A DNA stretch of 64,000 nt from a virus. Positions within the stretch are counted from its first letter, which is position 1; each line of letters begins with the position of its first letter. A program made the position numbers and the translations under genes. The stretch is from the IMG/VR virus record IMGVR_UViG_3300045988_122291, positions 1 to 64,000 of that record; one strand, 5' to 3'. The notes under the pieces are model-generated. The model was not told the origin of the DNA. It made no database searches and saw nothing but the letters and a program-made list of their open reading frames with translations. Shown piece by piece: positions 51,998 to 61,655 of this stretch.

Positions 51998-52709
51998 TAC
52001 GCTCTTTGGCGATTTCAAAATAATTTTCATCAAGCTCCATACCGATGAAATTACGATTTGTGTTGACGCAAGCTACGCCTGTACTGCCAGACCCCATACA
52101 GTTGTCGAGAACGGTCATTCCTTCGTTGGTATAAGTTTTAATCAGCCATTCAAGTAGGGCTACTGGCTTCTGAGTGGGATGTAAAGCACATTTTTGTTTA
52201 TCAGTTGAAAACGTTAATACGCTTGTAGGAAATCGTTCTGTACTATCATAAGTAGTTAAATTATACTCTCCATAATCTAATGTTTTAATACAGTTGCGTT
52301 TTTGATTTGCGGTGCTTGTTTTCCTTTGATGTCCGGTAGTTTTTTGAGGATTATATACTGGCAATTTTTTATAAAAACAACATATATTTTCATGCGCTCT
52401 TAATGGCATACGATTAGCATTAAGAAATCCTGTTGGAGTGGTTTTGTGCCAAATTAGATTATAACGCCACATTTTCTTATTACTGTTCATTAAATCAGCC
52501 ATAAACAAGCCGTCAGCAAATAACGCAATCATTCCATGTTCTTTAATAATCCTATTATATTGTTTCCATAAAGCGTCTAAAGGAAGAACCGTATCCCATT
52601 TGTTTCTGGCTGTGATTCCATAAGGCAAATCACATAGAATCATATCCACCGACTGGGAGGGGATATGGGGCATAAGTTCAAGGCAATCGCCATTCTTAAT
52701 ATCAATCAT
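51972..52709 (-). CDS. DNA methyltransferase (N6-adenine / N4-cytosine, beta class)
   Basis: Motif IV-like ILCDLPYG precedes motif I-like VLDNCMGSGSTGVAC. C-terminal FIGMELDENYFEIAKERI is typical of the N6_N4_Mtase family. Confidence 0.8.
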   Translation of the reverse strand: MIDIKNGDCLELMPHIPSQSVDMILCDLPYGITARNKWDTVLPLDALWKQYNRIIKEHGMIALFADGLFMADLMNSNKKMWRYNLIWHKTTPTGFLNANRMPLRAHENICCFYKKLPVYNPQKTTGHQRKTSTANQKRNCIKTLDYGEYNLTTYDSTERFPTSVLTFSTDKQKCALHPTQKPVALLEWLIKTYTNEGMTVLDNCMGSGSTGVACVNTNRNFIGMELDENYFEIAKERIDKAIDVR

Positions 52710-52722
52710 GTTTGTTCTCTCC

Positions 52723-53187
52723 TTAGTTAATCTCTCTAAAATCCGTAATTACAGGGTCTCCACACCCATGCTCATAAAACTTATGCACATAGAAGAAATA
52801 TGTGTTAAGCGCATCTTTGACCTTATAAATGATATTAAAGTGCGTATTAAAATCCCAATCTGTCGGCTCACAAGCCATGTCTACCTTATACCAGTCCTTG
52901 GCAAATACTTCGGCGTGTTCTTCAAGCCAGTCTGGTGTGATTTCTTTTACACAGCAAGCATCATAAGAAAAACCTATATCTTTAGACCGAGAATGAACTA
53001 CGGTATAAGAAGTGTATTCATCATCACTGTTTTTCGTAACCGTGCAAATATGTCCCCAGTCACCTATGCGGCGAGAAACGCCCAAAATTTTCGCATGGTC
53101 AGGAAAGAAGTTTACAAACCCTTCATGCTTTTTGGCTTCTTTCAGCGCTTCAATCCACGGTTTGATGTATACTTTCATAGTTTCCAT
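52723..53187 (-). CDS. hypothetical protein
   Basis: 154-aa ORF. The antisense 161-aa ORF was rejected as low-complexity. Confidence 0.5.
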   Translation of the reverse strand: METMKVYIKPWIEALKEAKKHEGFVNFFPDHAKILGVSRRIGDWGHICTVTKNSDDEYTSYTVVHSRSKDIGFSYDACCVKEITPDWLEEHAEVFAKDWYKVDMACEPTDWDFNTHFNIIYKVKDALNTYFFYVHKFYEHGCGDPVITDFREIN

Positions 53188-53191
53188 AATT

Positions 53192-53243
53192 AAAAACCTC
53201 CTTGATTTGATACTATTGTACCATTATCAAGGAGGTCTGTCAA
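53192..53243 (-). promoter_or_regulatory. nested terminator-promoter-RBS cassette
   Basis: Minus strand: TTGACA (53243-53238), 17-nt spacer, TACAAT (53220-53215). Perfect 11-bp inverted repeat 53236-53226 / 53206-53196. The 3' arm ATCAAGGAGGT contains the SD and is followed by T5, then ATG 53187. Confidence 0.6.
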
Positions 53244-53260
53244 GCATTTATTTTAAGTTT

Positions 53261-53617
53261 TTAGAGAGAATTATAGCCAGAATTTTGTTTAACCAAATCT
53301 TGAATACCTTCTGACAGCACTTCATACATCATTTCTGCGTCATCAGTTGTCCAATATTCATCACGAATCCTGTATTTAACCACACAATCTACGCCATAAT
53401 TTGTTAGAGCATCTTTGAATTGCTTCGCTAATTCTTTGCCATATACTGCTGGTTCGCCCATAATGGTTTTCACGCCATCCTTAGGCACAGAAACATAGTA
53501 TGTTCCAGACAGTGAAGCGGTATAGTTACTGGGTTCTTGCTGTATATAAAGCCCCATTATATATGTTTTTACGATAGTGGAAGTAAGTTCTAAATCTTTT
53601 TGTTGCTTTTCGTTCAT
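53261..53617 (-). CDS. hypothetical protein
   Basis: 118-aa ORF. Confidence 0.45.
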   Translation of the reverse strand: MNEKQQKDLELTSTIVKTYIMGLYIQQEPSNYTASLSGTYYVSVPKDGVKTIMGEPAVYGKELAKQFKDALTNYGVDCVVKYRIRDEYWTTDDAEMMYEVLSEGIQDLVKQNSGYNSL

Positions 53618-53620
53618 TGC

Positions 53621-55849
53621 TTAGTCCTCCTTCAACATATCTTTCAGCCAAGTATCTCGTGTAGTTTCTTCTTGCACTTTCAGGGCATCTCTCAGCACAT
53701 CTGTATCACTAATAACAATTAGCTTATCACGAGAGCGTGTCATAGCTACATAGCACAAGTTACGAGATAGTAGACGTTTATGTGACTGGTCGGCAAGGAA
53801 AATTACTGCCTTTGCACTCGACCCTTGGCTCTTGTGTGTAGAAATACAATAACCCAGAATCAAGTTTCTAAGGTCAGCACCTTCATAGACACCGTAGCCG
53901 TTCTCAAATTCGACAATAAGCGCATACCCTTTATCAGTTTCCATAACTTCGCGCACATAACCAATATCACCATTCATTACTTCGATAGGGAAAGAAGGGC
54001 TAAAAGAACCTTCATCATTCAGCGCAACAGCGGTCATGCGATAATTGTTCTTAGTGTTTAGTACCTTATCGCCCCACTTAAACTGAATCTTACCACCCTT
54101 GTTGTTATCTTCATATTCAACAGGCGTATAGTCCTTATCGTTGAAATGTGCTTGGATAGCACGATTGATTGCTACTGAGCCAGCTTCACCCTTGTTAAAC
54201 GGCGAAAGAATCATAATATCGTCCTTAGTATATCCTTCATCGAGCAAATGCTGATATTCTGTCATCGCTTGCTTAATAGGATTTGAAATCGGCTCAAACT
54301 CATAATCGTCATACTTTTCTGCTATATGGTCAATATTACCGTTACGAGTATCAGTTGCAATCGTGATTAGACCGCTTGTAGAATAGCGAAAAATCTTATT
54401 TAGACTTGCCACTGGTACAATTCCACTATTGATAACATCAACGATAAAATTGCCACATTGAATAGATGCTAACTGTGCAGGGTCACATACAAATACAAGT
54501 TTGCATTTATAGCCAACCTTCTTGAGAAGTTGTGCCATAAGGTGTACGCTTACCATTGAACTCTCGTCCACAATAACAACACCACGATACTGCATACACT
54601 GACCTTCTTGTTCATCCATGCTATGCTGTGCAAGAAAACGATGAATAGTAGAAGCCTTACGCCCTGTGCTATTAGCCAATACTTTACTTGCAATACCAGT
54701 AGGTGCTAATAACATATAGTCTGCGCACATATCTTCCAACATACGAACAAGCGCTTTGGTAGACGCTGACTTACCCGAACCACTATAACCACGAAGGACA
54801 CAAATATTCTGCTCCCAAGTATTATACAGCACTTGCATCTGCTCGTCAGTACACTTAAAGCCGTCAACTTCTCTGAACTTTTCAAAGTCTGGCTTGCTCA
54901 TAGTGTATTCTGTTTCAAAGATATTGCCTTGTAGCAGTCTATCTTTAATATGTTTTGTAATCGTTTCTTCAGCTTCATAAGTGTCAATCAACGCCGAATA
55001 ACCAGTAGTTTCATCATGATGAATAAAACGACAACCGTTTACTACTTCTGGAATATGCTCTTTGCATTCTGGAATCATTTCTTCTGCCATATAACCGAGA
55101 ACTTCTGCTTCAATGCGTGTATCACCTTCAAGTTCGTTCTCATGTAGAATATTAACACAGCCATATTCACAGCGAAGTTTGCTGTTTTTTAGGTCAGGAT
55201 AGCGTTTCAACACTTCTCTATCACTCTTAGCAAACGACCAGTTAATAACATCGTGATAAATACGGTAAGGATTTTCTTCAAAGTCTTGCTGAAGCAGTTC
55301 TGGACTCGCGTATTTGTCCGAAAGTTTCTGTACATCTTTGTCTTGCGTGATACCCAGTTCAGCACAAACGGGGAAGAAAAGAATGGATTCAAGGTTCTTC
55401 TTAATTTTGTCAATATACATTTCAACACGAACCTTGCCTACGTTGTAAATGTTATGATAATCAATATTTTTTTCTTCACCGCGAAGCACCATTTGAACAA
55501 AATGAGGATATGCTTCATGCACACGTTCAGCTTGAATATACTCCATCATCGTGCTTAGAATAGATATTTCTTTTTCTTCTTCAACTACAATCTCGTCTTT
55601 CTCCATCTTTAGACCCGGATAACCGACAAGAATATAACTTGCTGGACGTTTGGCGTTCTGATTAGGACGAATAGTAATTTCAACTTCATCACCTTCCTTA
55701 AAACCAAACAGATTGCTACCAGAGATAGAGAAACCACCCCACTTATCAAGTTCCATATTATAGTTTCCAATGGGTTTACAGCCCAAAATACGGAACTCAT
55801 CAAGATAATTGACGAATACTTGCTTTCTAATTTTGCATTTAACGTCCAT
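53621..55849 (-). CDS. RecD-like SF1 DNA helicase
   Basis: Walker A GYSGSGKSAS, Walker B VVIVDESSMV, late motifs LNKIFRY and ISTHKSQGSSAKAVI. Start moved to MDVKCKIRK (ATG 55849), because the 20 upstream codons are the promoter/hairpin cassette. Confidence 0.8.
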   Translation of the reverse strand: MDVKCKIRKQVFVNYLDEFRILGCKPIGNYNMELDKWGGFSISGSNLFGFKEGDEVEITIRPNQNAKRPASYILVGYPGLKMEKDEIVVEEEKEISILSTMMEYIQAERVHEAYPHFVQMVLRGEEKNIDYHNIYNVGKVRVEMYIDKIKKNLESILFFPVCAELGITQDKDVQKLSDKYASPELLQQDFEENPYRIYHDVINWSFAKSDREVLKRYPDLKNSKLRCEYGCVNILHENELEGDTRIEAEVLGYMAEEMIPECKEHIPEVVNGCRFIHHDETTGYSALIDTYEAEETITKHIKDRLLQGNIFETEYTMSKPDFEKFREVDGFKCTDEQMQVLYNTWEQNICVLRGYSGSGKSASTKALVRMLEDMCADYMLLAPTGIASKVLANSTGRKASTIHRFLAQHSMDEQEGQCMQYRGVVIVDESSMVSVHLMAQLLKKVGYKCKLVFVCDPAQLASIQCGNFIVDVINSGIVPVASLNKIFRYSTSGLITIATDTRNGNIDHIAEKYDDYEFEPISNPIKQAMTEYQHLLDEGYTKDDIMILSPFNKGEAGSVAINRAIQAHFNDKDYTPVEYEDNNKGGKIQFKWGDKVLNTKNNYRMTAVALNDEGSFSPSFPIEVMNGDIGYVREVMETDKGYALIVEFENGYGVYEGADLRNLILGYCISTHKSQGSSAKAVIFLADQSHKRLLSRNLCYVAMTRSRDKLIVISDTDVLRDALKVQEETTRDTWLKDMLKED

Positions 55850-55850
55850 A

Positions 55851-55905
55851 TAAATAAGACCTCCGTTCTTGCGATTATTGTACCACAGAACGAAGGTCTT
55901 GTCAA
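55851..55905 (-). promoter_or_regulatory. nested terminator-promoter-RBS cassette (paralogue of 53192-53243)
   Basis: Minus strand: TTGACA (55905-55900), 17-nt spacer, TACAAT (55882-55877). 12-bp inverted repeat with one G-U (55898-55887 / 55869-55858). The 3' arm AGAACGGAGGTC holds the SD, and TTATTTAT follows. Shares AAATGCTTGACA..GACCT...TGGTACAATA with the 53.2-kb cassette. Confidence 0.6.
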
Positions 55906-55920
55906 GCATTTTATTCGGTT

Positions 55921-56106
55921 TTATTCTTCTTCTCGACTAAATTGTTCAATCCAGTCGATGTAATTATTATAACCGCACCAAGGGCAATAAGCTACGCGAT
56001 AGTGTATAAGAGAGAACCAATTATCCTTAACTTTCCAATCAATCGTATCTTCATCGACTTCAAAGCGCTTATGACAGCCTTGGCAGTTTAGCTTTAGAAT
56101 AGCCAT
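55921..56106 (-). CDS. hypothetical zinc-ribbon protein
   Basis: 61 aa with CQGCHKRF...CPWCG. Confidence 0.45.
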   Translation of the reverse strand: MAILKLNCQGCHKRFEVDEDTIDWKVKDNWFSLIHYRVAYCPWCGYNNYIDWIEQFSREEE

Positions 56107-56108
56107 AA

Positions 56109-56447
56109 TTACACCTCTTGGTCTACAATCTCGACAATCTCTTGCAAAGCGTCTAAAGCAGTTTGAGATTGACGAACTCTCCCCAGTCCAGAAATGCGCT
56201 GAACAATTTCCTTAATGTCTATAAGAGCACGTTGAGCCGATTCAAGGTTTGCTTCATAAGATTCAAGTTCGTATTTAGTAGCGTCTAAATCGTTTTGAAC
56301 GTTAATAGGTTCTATGCAATTCTTGAGTTCTCTAAGAAAATCACCGCCCATATATTGATGAATATAATAGTAGCAATCTTCAAGGTCTTGAATAATTGCT
56401 TGACCACCATTCTTAATTGGTGTTACTGTCAATCTCTTCACCTCCAT
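56109..56447 (-). CDS. hypothetical coiled-coil protein
   Basis: 112-aa ORF. Confidence 0.45.
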   Translation of the reverse strand: MEVKRLTVTPIKNGGQAIIQDLEDCYYYIHQYMGGDFLRELKNCIEPINVQNDLDATKYELESYEANLESAQRALIDIKEIVQRISGLGRVRQSQTALDALQEIVEIVDQEV

Positions 56448-56581
56448 TCATCTTTTCGCGGAGAACAAAACAATATATCAATCAAAGATACTTTTCCGTC
56501 GCCATAAGTGGCGCATTTCTTCAACTGGCAAGTTTTACTCACTTTGTTGTAATAGATACAGTCTTTACACTGATTTCGCAT
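56438..56581 (-). CDS. hypothetical small Cys-rich protein
   Basis: Start moved to the ATG 9 nt after AAAGGAGG (MRNQCKDCIYYNK...). Confidence 0.4.
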   Translation of the reverse strand: MRNQCKDCIYYNKVSKTCQLKKCATYGDGKVSLIDILFCSPRKDEWR

Positions 56582-56934
56582 TATTCTGTTCCTCCTTTCA
56601 TTTTTGCCCCGCAGTTGGGGCAATAAGGCTTGCCGTACTCTTGCGAAAAATTCCGACAATGGGTGCATTGCTCTTCATAGTTTCCTGTTTCCAGATTGAA
56701 CCGTCCCGCGCCCCATTCTCCATACACTACTGGCGCAACGTCAGAAACATTTTGGCATTCCTCCAAACACCTCAAAGCCTTACGAATACCCCCACGCATC
56801 GACATACCATGTGCATCCGGTTTTTCGAGCATAAGTTCATACGTTGCGGCAGGAACAGTCAGTGGAATGCTATCTCTGACTTCCAATAACTTGTTCTTAT
56901 ATTCTTCATAGTTAATCAGTTTCATTGCTTTCAC
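56581..56934 (-). CDS. hypothetical protein with C-terminal zinc ribbon
   Basis: 117 aa with CTHC...CPNCG. Confidence 0.45.
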   Translation of the reverse strand: MKAMKLINYEEYKNKLLEVRDSIPLTVPAATYELMLEKPDAHGMSMRGGIRKALRCLEECQNVSDVAPVVYGEWGAGRFNLETGNYEEQCTHCRNFSQEYGKPYCPNCGAKMKGGTE

Positions 56935-59900
56935 CTATTCCTCCTTCGGCTCATAACCGTATCTGTAACTTTGTAACTCCATTGTACCATCATCTTCATT
57001 GATTGTCAAGATTTTTTGTAACTTGTGAGGGAAAATGCTGTTCTTGTAAGACTTGACACGGAACGTATCTTCACTGCGATAACCAGTAAGTACAAGACCC
57101 TGACCACGAGTAAACCAGCTTGTGTCCATGACAGTCTTTGTGCCGTCTGCGTGCTGTTCGCTAAATTGGGCTTTGTAAAATGGATAACTATGATTGTCGA
57201 AACGAGCCTGTACTACGTTGTTATTAGAATCAAGTACAGTAATAGTTGAATGAGCATCATTTCTTGCTATCACTGTACCCATAATTCGACTAAGCTGATA
57301 CTGTCGCCATTCACGCTTGCCGTACTTCTTAGTAACAAACACTGGCTCAGTAGGCAACTTATCAAATGTAGTAACATTGTATCTATCAGCGTCAATGCAA
57401 GTCAATTCATGCTCATTAGAGTAATAGGACAGTGCTTCAAAACTCCAATGATTAACGTTCATGTTAGGCAACTTATCACGCATACGAGCCTTGATAGATT
57501 GTTCGTTATACATCTTTAGGAACTCTGGCTGGTTAATATAAGCCTTTAGTTCTTCAGTGACGTTCTTGAATAGCTTCTCAAGCGACTTATCTACAACAAG
57601 GGTTCTGCCTTCCTCATCATACCACCAATCTACATTTTCTTCAAGTTGACTACGACACATTGAATCGAAGAAAACTAATGCTCGTTCGTCAAGCCAATAG
57701 ATTTTCTTTGATTTGAACTTGGGGTGTGTACCATAGAGGAATTGCTTTGAGCAAACGTATTTTTTGAAGGCAAGTGGCATGATAAGAGTGTTGGGTAGCT
57801 TACAGCCAATGCGTTGTAATTCAGCTAAATTAGCAGTGGTAAGCGTTTGTTTGCGAGGGGTAGAAAGGGCGAAGTACGCTTGCATGACGCGCATACGGTC
57901 AGGACAGAACTCATCAAAACAACCAGCCTTGATTAGTTGGATAAACTTGGATGGCGTGATAAGCGTACCTTGGTATGAGTTGCGTGTATAGAAGTCACGG
58001 AAAGAAGTGTAGGGGCGGTTTGCGATAATTTGTTGAGCAATTTCTGCGTTAATGGATGAAATACCGCCTAAACCGAAAAGAATAGTGTTATTTGCTTCAT
58101 CAACGCCAAAAGACATTTCTGCATGATTAGCTGGTGGTGGAGCAACAGCAATACCATTTTCTTTAGCTTTATATACAGAGCCAGCAATTTTACCATAGTC
58201 CGTAGTATTAGCCACATTATCACGTTCATCTTCTACGCCAGCTTGAGTAATTACAACAGCGGCGTTCCAATAAATCTTAGGGAACTTATAGTAAAGATTT
58301 AGTTCTTGCAAACATTCGGTGCTGTACTCGTTTGAATGGCTAAAGTCGAAGGCGTAAGATTTGGACATTTCAATTTGCACTTTCCATAGATAGTCAAGAA
58401 AAGCCTTGGTTCTGCCACATTCTGCGCCCTTACGGTACAATCTTTCTTCGGTTTCAGCAAGTGCTTCAGCATTTTTCTTCGCAACTGCCTTACGCGCCTT
58501 ATCCGATTCTTTTAGATTGAAGTTACATACACGCTCATCCATTAACACGCTCATCATGGTACTTTGAGCAATCATAAGACCGCAGTAGTTGCCAAGTAGT
58601 TCTTTAAGGATTTCTTGTTCTTCTTGTGGAATACCATAATTGGTCATATCTTGATACCATTCATTGATATTCTTGCGATAGCGAACATACATATCCATAG
58701 GCTGTTCACCATCAGCAACAGCAAGACGCATTAGACCGTTGGCAAGCGTAAGTTCAGTAAGATTCTGAGCACCGATTTTACGTAATGCTTCTTTGCCAGC
58801 CTTAGAGTCATACTGAAACGCAGAAGCCATAGTAGGCAACAAGTCCCACATTTCTTTTGTTGTCTTATCAAGTTTGTCATAAGACAAGTAATAATTGTAA
58901 GTATCTCTGAGCGAACCCTTATCTTCAATTTTACCGTTCTTTAACAGTAGTTCCATGCACGTTCTAATGGTTTGTAGACAGTCGATGGATAGCAGGTCGA
59001 ACTTGAGGTCGCCCGCATATTCAGCGTCATGCAAGTTAAATTGACTGCATACTGCACCGTTAGAAGATACCATGTAGCTACCTGTTTCTGTGTAATCGCC
59101 TTGAAGCACGTTAAGTGCGCCAGCGTGAACGCCAGAAGAAACAATCATACCTTCAAACGCAAGCGCAGTTTCAAGCAAGTCGTCATACTTCTTTACTTCT
59201 GCGACAAATTCTGGCACGGGTGCTCTGCCCTTCTTTTCATTGCCATATAAGCAATCTTTAAGAGAATAAATAGAGCCACGGACAGTAGGAATCAAAGACT
59301 TAATATATCCTACAGTATCAGAAGAAATACCCAATCCAGTTGCGGCACGTTCAAGTGCTGTTTTTGCAGACAACCTACCCCAAGTTACGCATTGGCAAGT
59401 TCTGCGCCAACCAAAATAGTCTTTAATAGCTTGAATAATTCGCTCTTTCTTAAAACTTTGAATATCAATATCACAATCGAAAATGCTTTCCGAACGAGCA
59501 ATAGAACAGAAACGCCACCAAGGGTAAAATTCTTTCGTTTCTGGGAGCATAGGGTCAATACCAGTGATGTTCAATAACTTATTAGTAAGATAGCAACCAG
59601 CCGAACCACGACCAATGCCAACATAACTATCGCCTTCAGTCCAAATAAGGTCTACTACCTTTTGCACAACAGTAAAATAATCTGCCATACATTCACCATC
59701 AAATGCTTCACCCAATCCTTTAACTTGCTCCATTTCAATGTTAATCTGAGCAAGATATTCTTTAATGTTCACTGGATGAATATTATTGTATTCGTACAGT
59801 CCTTTTTCTACTTGATAATAGTAGTATCGTTCATTAAGCGTACCTTCAGTAGCATAATATTTCACAAAAGGAAATTTATCATAATAGTCCTTATAGTAAT

Positions 59901-60864
59901 GCTTAATTTCAAATTCTGGAATCTTAGGCAATGCAGGTACACGAGTAGTCTTTTTAATGGTAATAGGCTGAACCTTGTCAGCAATCTGATTAGTCGTGTC
60001 AAACAATACGTCAATCATTTCGTCATTAAAACCACTTACATACATTTGTTCTCTAAGTTCTTGCGGAGTAAACAGATAGGTGGTCTGATAGAACTTCTCA
60101 GGTTCACGAGAATCACCGCCGTCTTTAGACTTTAGAAAAGCTGTGTGAATCTTTCTATCTTCTAGACGCATGAAATGAGAATCAGTAGTAACAATAATAG
60201 GAATGTTTAACTGTTCATGCAACTTCCACAATGAATTGTTGACCGTAATCTGTTCTTCGTTATCTTCCCAGCAAGGCTGACATTCAAGATAGAAATTATC
60301 CTTGCCAAACGTTCGCCAATTCCACTGAATAAATTCTTTAGCTTTAGCCGTATTGCCAGTAAGAATACACTTAGGCAAGAACCCGCCGATACATCCTGTG
60401 CTAACAGCCAAATGACCCTTGTCTTTGCCTACGACTTCTTCAAAGTCTGAGTAGAAACTTGGTCTACGCAACTGACCTTTATAAGTATAGCTTCTAAGCC
60501 ATGCTCTTGCAGATAATTCATACATTTGCTTTAGACCAATCTCATCCAATACAATTACCAAATAATGCCAATAGTATGGACGGTCGTTTTCACTAAAACG
60601 TAGATTATCTTCTTCTTCTGATAGTAGATAGAACTCATTGGCAAAGATATGCTGAAATGGACGCTGTTTGTCCAAAGCATTATATGCTTTTTCAAGTTCT
60701 ACATATCCACTTACAGTTTGGTGGTCTGAAATAGCATAACCTCTCAGACCATTTTCATAGCACCAGTTTACACATTTAGGGATATTACAAATAGCGTCAG
60801 CAAAACGAAGAACAGCGGAACTGTATTCACTGTGATTGTGTAGTGAAGTATATGTGTTAATCAT
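56935..60864 (-). CDS. dnaE: DNA polymerase III alpha subunit (DnaE-type, N-terminal PHP domain)
   Basis: 1,309 aa. The PHP start SLHNHSEYS sits at residue 7, followed by DHQTVSG. Size and layout are typical of C-family replicative polymerases. Uninterrupted ORF. Confidence 0.8.
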   Translation of the reverse strand: MINTYTSLHNHSEYSSAVLRFADAICNIPKCVNWCYENGLRGYAISDHQTVSGYVELEKAYNALDKQRPFQHIFANEFYLLSEEEDNLRFSENDRPYYWHYLVIVLDEIGLKQMYELSARAWLRSYTYKGQLRRPSFYSDFEEVVGKDKGHLAVSTGCIGGFLPKCILTGNTAKAKEFIQWNWRTFGKDNFYLECQPCWEDNEEQITVNNSLWKLHEQLNIPIIVTTDSHFMRLEDRKIHTAFLKSKDGGDSREPEKFYQTTYLFTPQELREQMYVSGFNDEMIDVLFDTTNQIADKVQPITIKKTTRVPALPKIPEFEIKHYYKDYYDKFPFVKYYATEGTLNERYYYYQVEKGLYEYNNIHPVNIKEYLAQINIEMEQVKGLGEAFDGECMADYFTVVQKVVDLIWTEGDSYVGIGRGSAGCYLTNKLLNITGIDPMLPETKEFYPWWRFCSIARSESIFDCDIDIQSFKKERIIQAIKDYFGWRRTCQCVTWGRLSAKTALERAATGLGISSDTVGYIKSLIPTVRGSIYSLKDCLYGNEKKGRAPVPEFVAEVKKYDDLLETALAFEGMIVSSGVHAGALNVLQGDYTETGSYMVSSNGAVCSQFNLHDAEYAGDLKFDLLSIDCLQTIRTCMELLLKNGKIEDKGSLRDTYNYYLSYDKLDKTTKEMWDLLPTMASAFQYDSKAGKEALRKIGAQNLTELTLANGLMRLAVADGEQPMDMYVRYRKNINEWYQDMTNYGIPQEEQEILKELLGNYCGLMIAQSTMMSVLMDERVCNFNLKESDKARKAVAKKNAEALAETEERLYRKGAECGRTKAFLDYLWKVQIEMSKSYAFDFSHSNEYSTECLQELNLYYKFPKIYWNAAVVITQAGVEDERDNVANTTDYGKIAGSVYKAKENGIAVAPPPANHAEMSFGVDEANNTILFGLGGISSINAEIAQQIIANRPYTSFRDFYTRNSYQGTLITPSKFIQLIKAGCFDEFCPDRMRVMQAYFALSTPRKQTLTTANLAELQRIGCKLPNTLIMPLAFKKYVCSKQFLYGTHPKFKSKKIYWLDERALVFFDSMCRSQLEENVDWWYDEEGRTLVVDKSLEKLFKNVTEELKAYINQPEFLKMYNEQSIKARMRDKLPNMNVNHWSFEALSYYSNEHELTCIDADRYNVTTFDKLPTEPVFVTKKYGKREWRQYQLSRIMGTVIARNDAHSTITVLDSNNNVVQARFDNHSYPFYKAQFSEQHADGTKTVMDTSWFTRGQGLVLTGYRSEDTFRVKSYKNSIFPHKLQKILTINEDDGTMELQSYRYGYEPKEE

Positions 60865-61381
60865 AATATTTTAGTCCTCTTTCTTGCCATTCTTTAGGCA
60901 TTTTAGTAACCTTGTTAAGCCAACGCCAAACTGTTGGTGGATTCATATTGTTGTGCTGTTGACAAAATTCTGGTAGCGAACGATAAATTATGCCATCACA
61001 AATAATGGATTTTTGAATATGAGTTGTTTTAACGTCCTTTCGACCTTTTGCGATACGATGACAATGCTGTGGCGTATTGTTGTTTTCTACACTGGTTGTC
61101 CAATACAAATTATCAGCGCAATTATTTGTTCTTGTTTCGTCTTTATGCCCTACTTGCGGAAGATGGTCAGGGTTAGGGATAAACGCTTCAGCAACAATAC
61201 GATGCAACAGACAAAGTTTTGTTTTTCCGTAATTGCAACGTGCCAATCTTAAACTTACATACTGATTATTTCCAATATAGGTGGACATAATTTTGTTTGT
61301 AAATAAACTCTTAACTCTACCAAGATTGCTTACTTGATAGAATCCTTCATAACCTACAACGTCTTTCCAAATTTCTTCCAA
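60857..61381 (-). CDS. free-standing HNH homing endonuclease (NUMOD4 + HNH_3)
   Basis: Start moved to the TTG 8 nt after AAGGAGG, giving (M)EEIWKDVVGYEGFYQVSNLGRVKS, a canonical NUMOD4 start. HNH region VGHKDETRTNNCADNLYWTTSVEN. The 3' end overlaps the dnaE start by 8 nt. Confidence 0.75.
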   Translation of the reverse strand: MEEIWKDVVGYEGFYQVSNLGRVKSLFTNKIMSTYIGNNQYVSLRLARCNYGKTKLCLLHRIVAEAFIPNPDHLPQVGHKDETRTNNCADNLYWTTSVENNNTPQHCHRIAKGRKDVKTTHIQKSIICDGIIYRSLPEFCQQHNNMNPPTVWRWLNKVTKMPKEWQERGLKYYD

Positions 61382-61400
61382 TATCAACCCCTCCTTAAAA

Positions 61401-61459
61401 CAAAAATGGGAATAGCTTTTAACTACTCCCATTCTATCACATATCTATTCACTTGTCAA
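61401..61459 (-). promoter_or_regulatory. promoter abutting a terminator-like hairpin upstream of the HNH gene
   Basis: Minus strand: TTGACA (61459-61454), 17-nt spacer ending TGA, TAGAAT (61436-61431). Then a 9-bp hairpin (61431-61423 / 61415-61407, one G-U), then T5 and AAGGAGG. Confidence 0.5.
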
Positions 61460-61655
61460 GTTCAAATCTAATATACGGATATTCTTTTATAGCGATTGCT
61501 CGTGCATTGTCTATTTCCATAGCATTCAAAAAATTATTGACCACAAGTTCAATACTACCATTGTGCTTTTTGAATACACTGGACTTATTGTCTAATTCAA
61601 TGCACCTTGCAAGCATCATAACCAATCTTTCAAATTGAAAATTTGTCATTATCAT
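61449..61655 (-). CDS. hypothetical small protein
   Basis: 68-aa ORF. Confidence 0.4.
   Translation of the reverse strand: MIMTNFQFERLVMMLARCIELDNKSSVFKKHNGSIELVVNNFLNAMEIDNARAIAIKEYPYIRFELDK

Noticed and set aside
52708-53193. 161-aa plus-strand ORF opposite 52723-53187
   Set aside because: The minus-strand ORF has the RBS supplied by the cassette at 53196-53206 and a globular-looking sequence. The plus-strand translation is low-complexity.
59662-60135. 157-aa plus-strand ORF inside dnaE (and similar ORFs at 57025-57991)
   Set aside because: Antisense to a long, uninterrupted polymerase ORF. AT-rich antisense frames commonly stay open.
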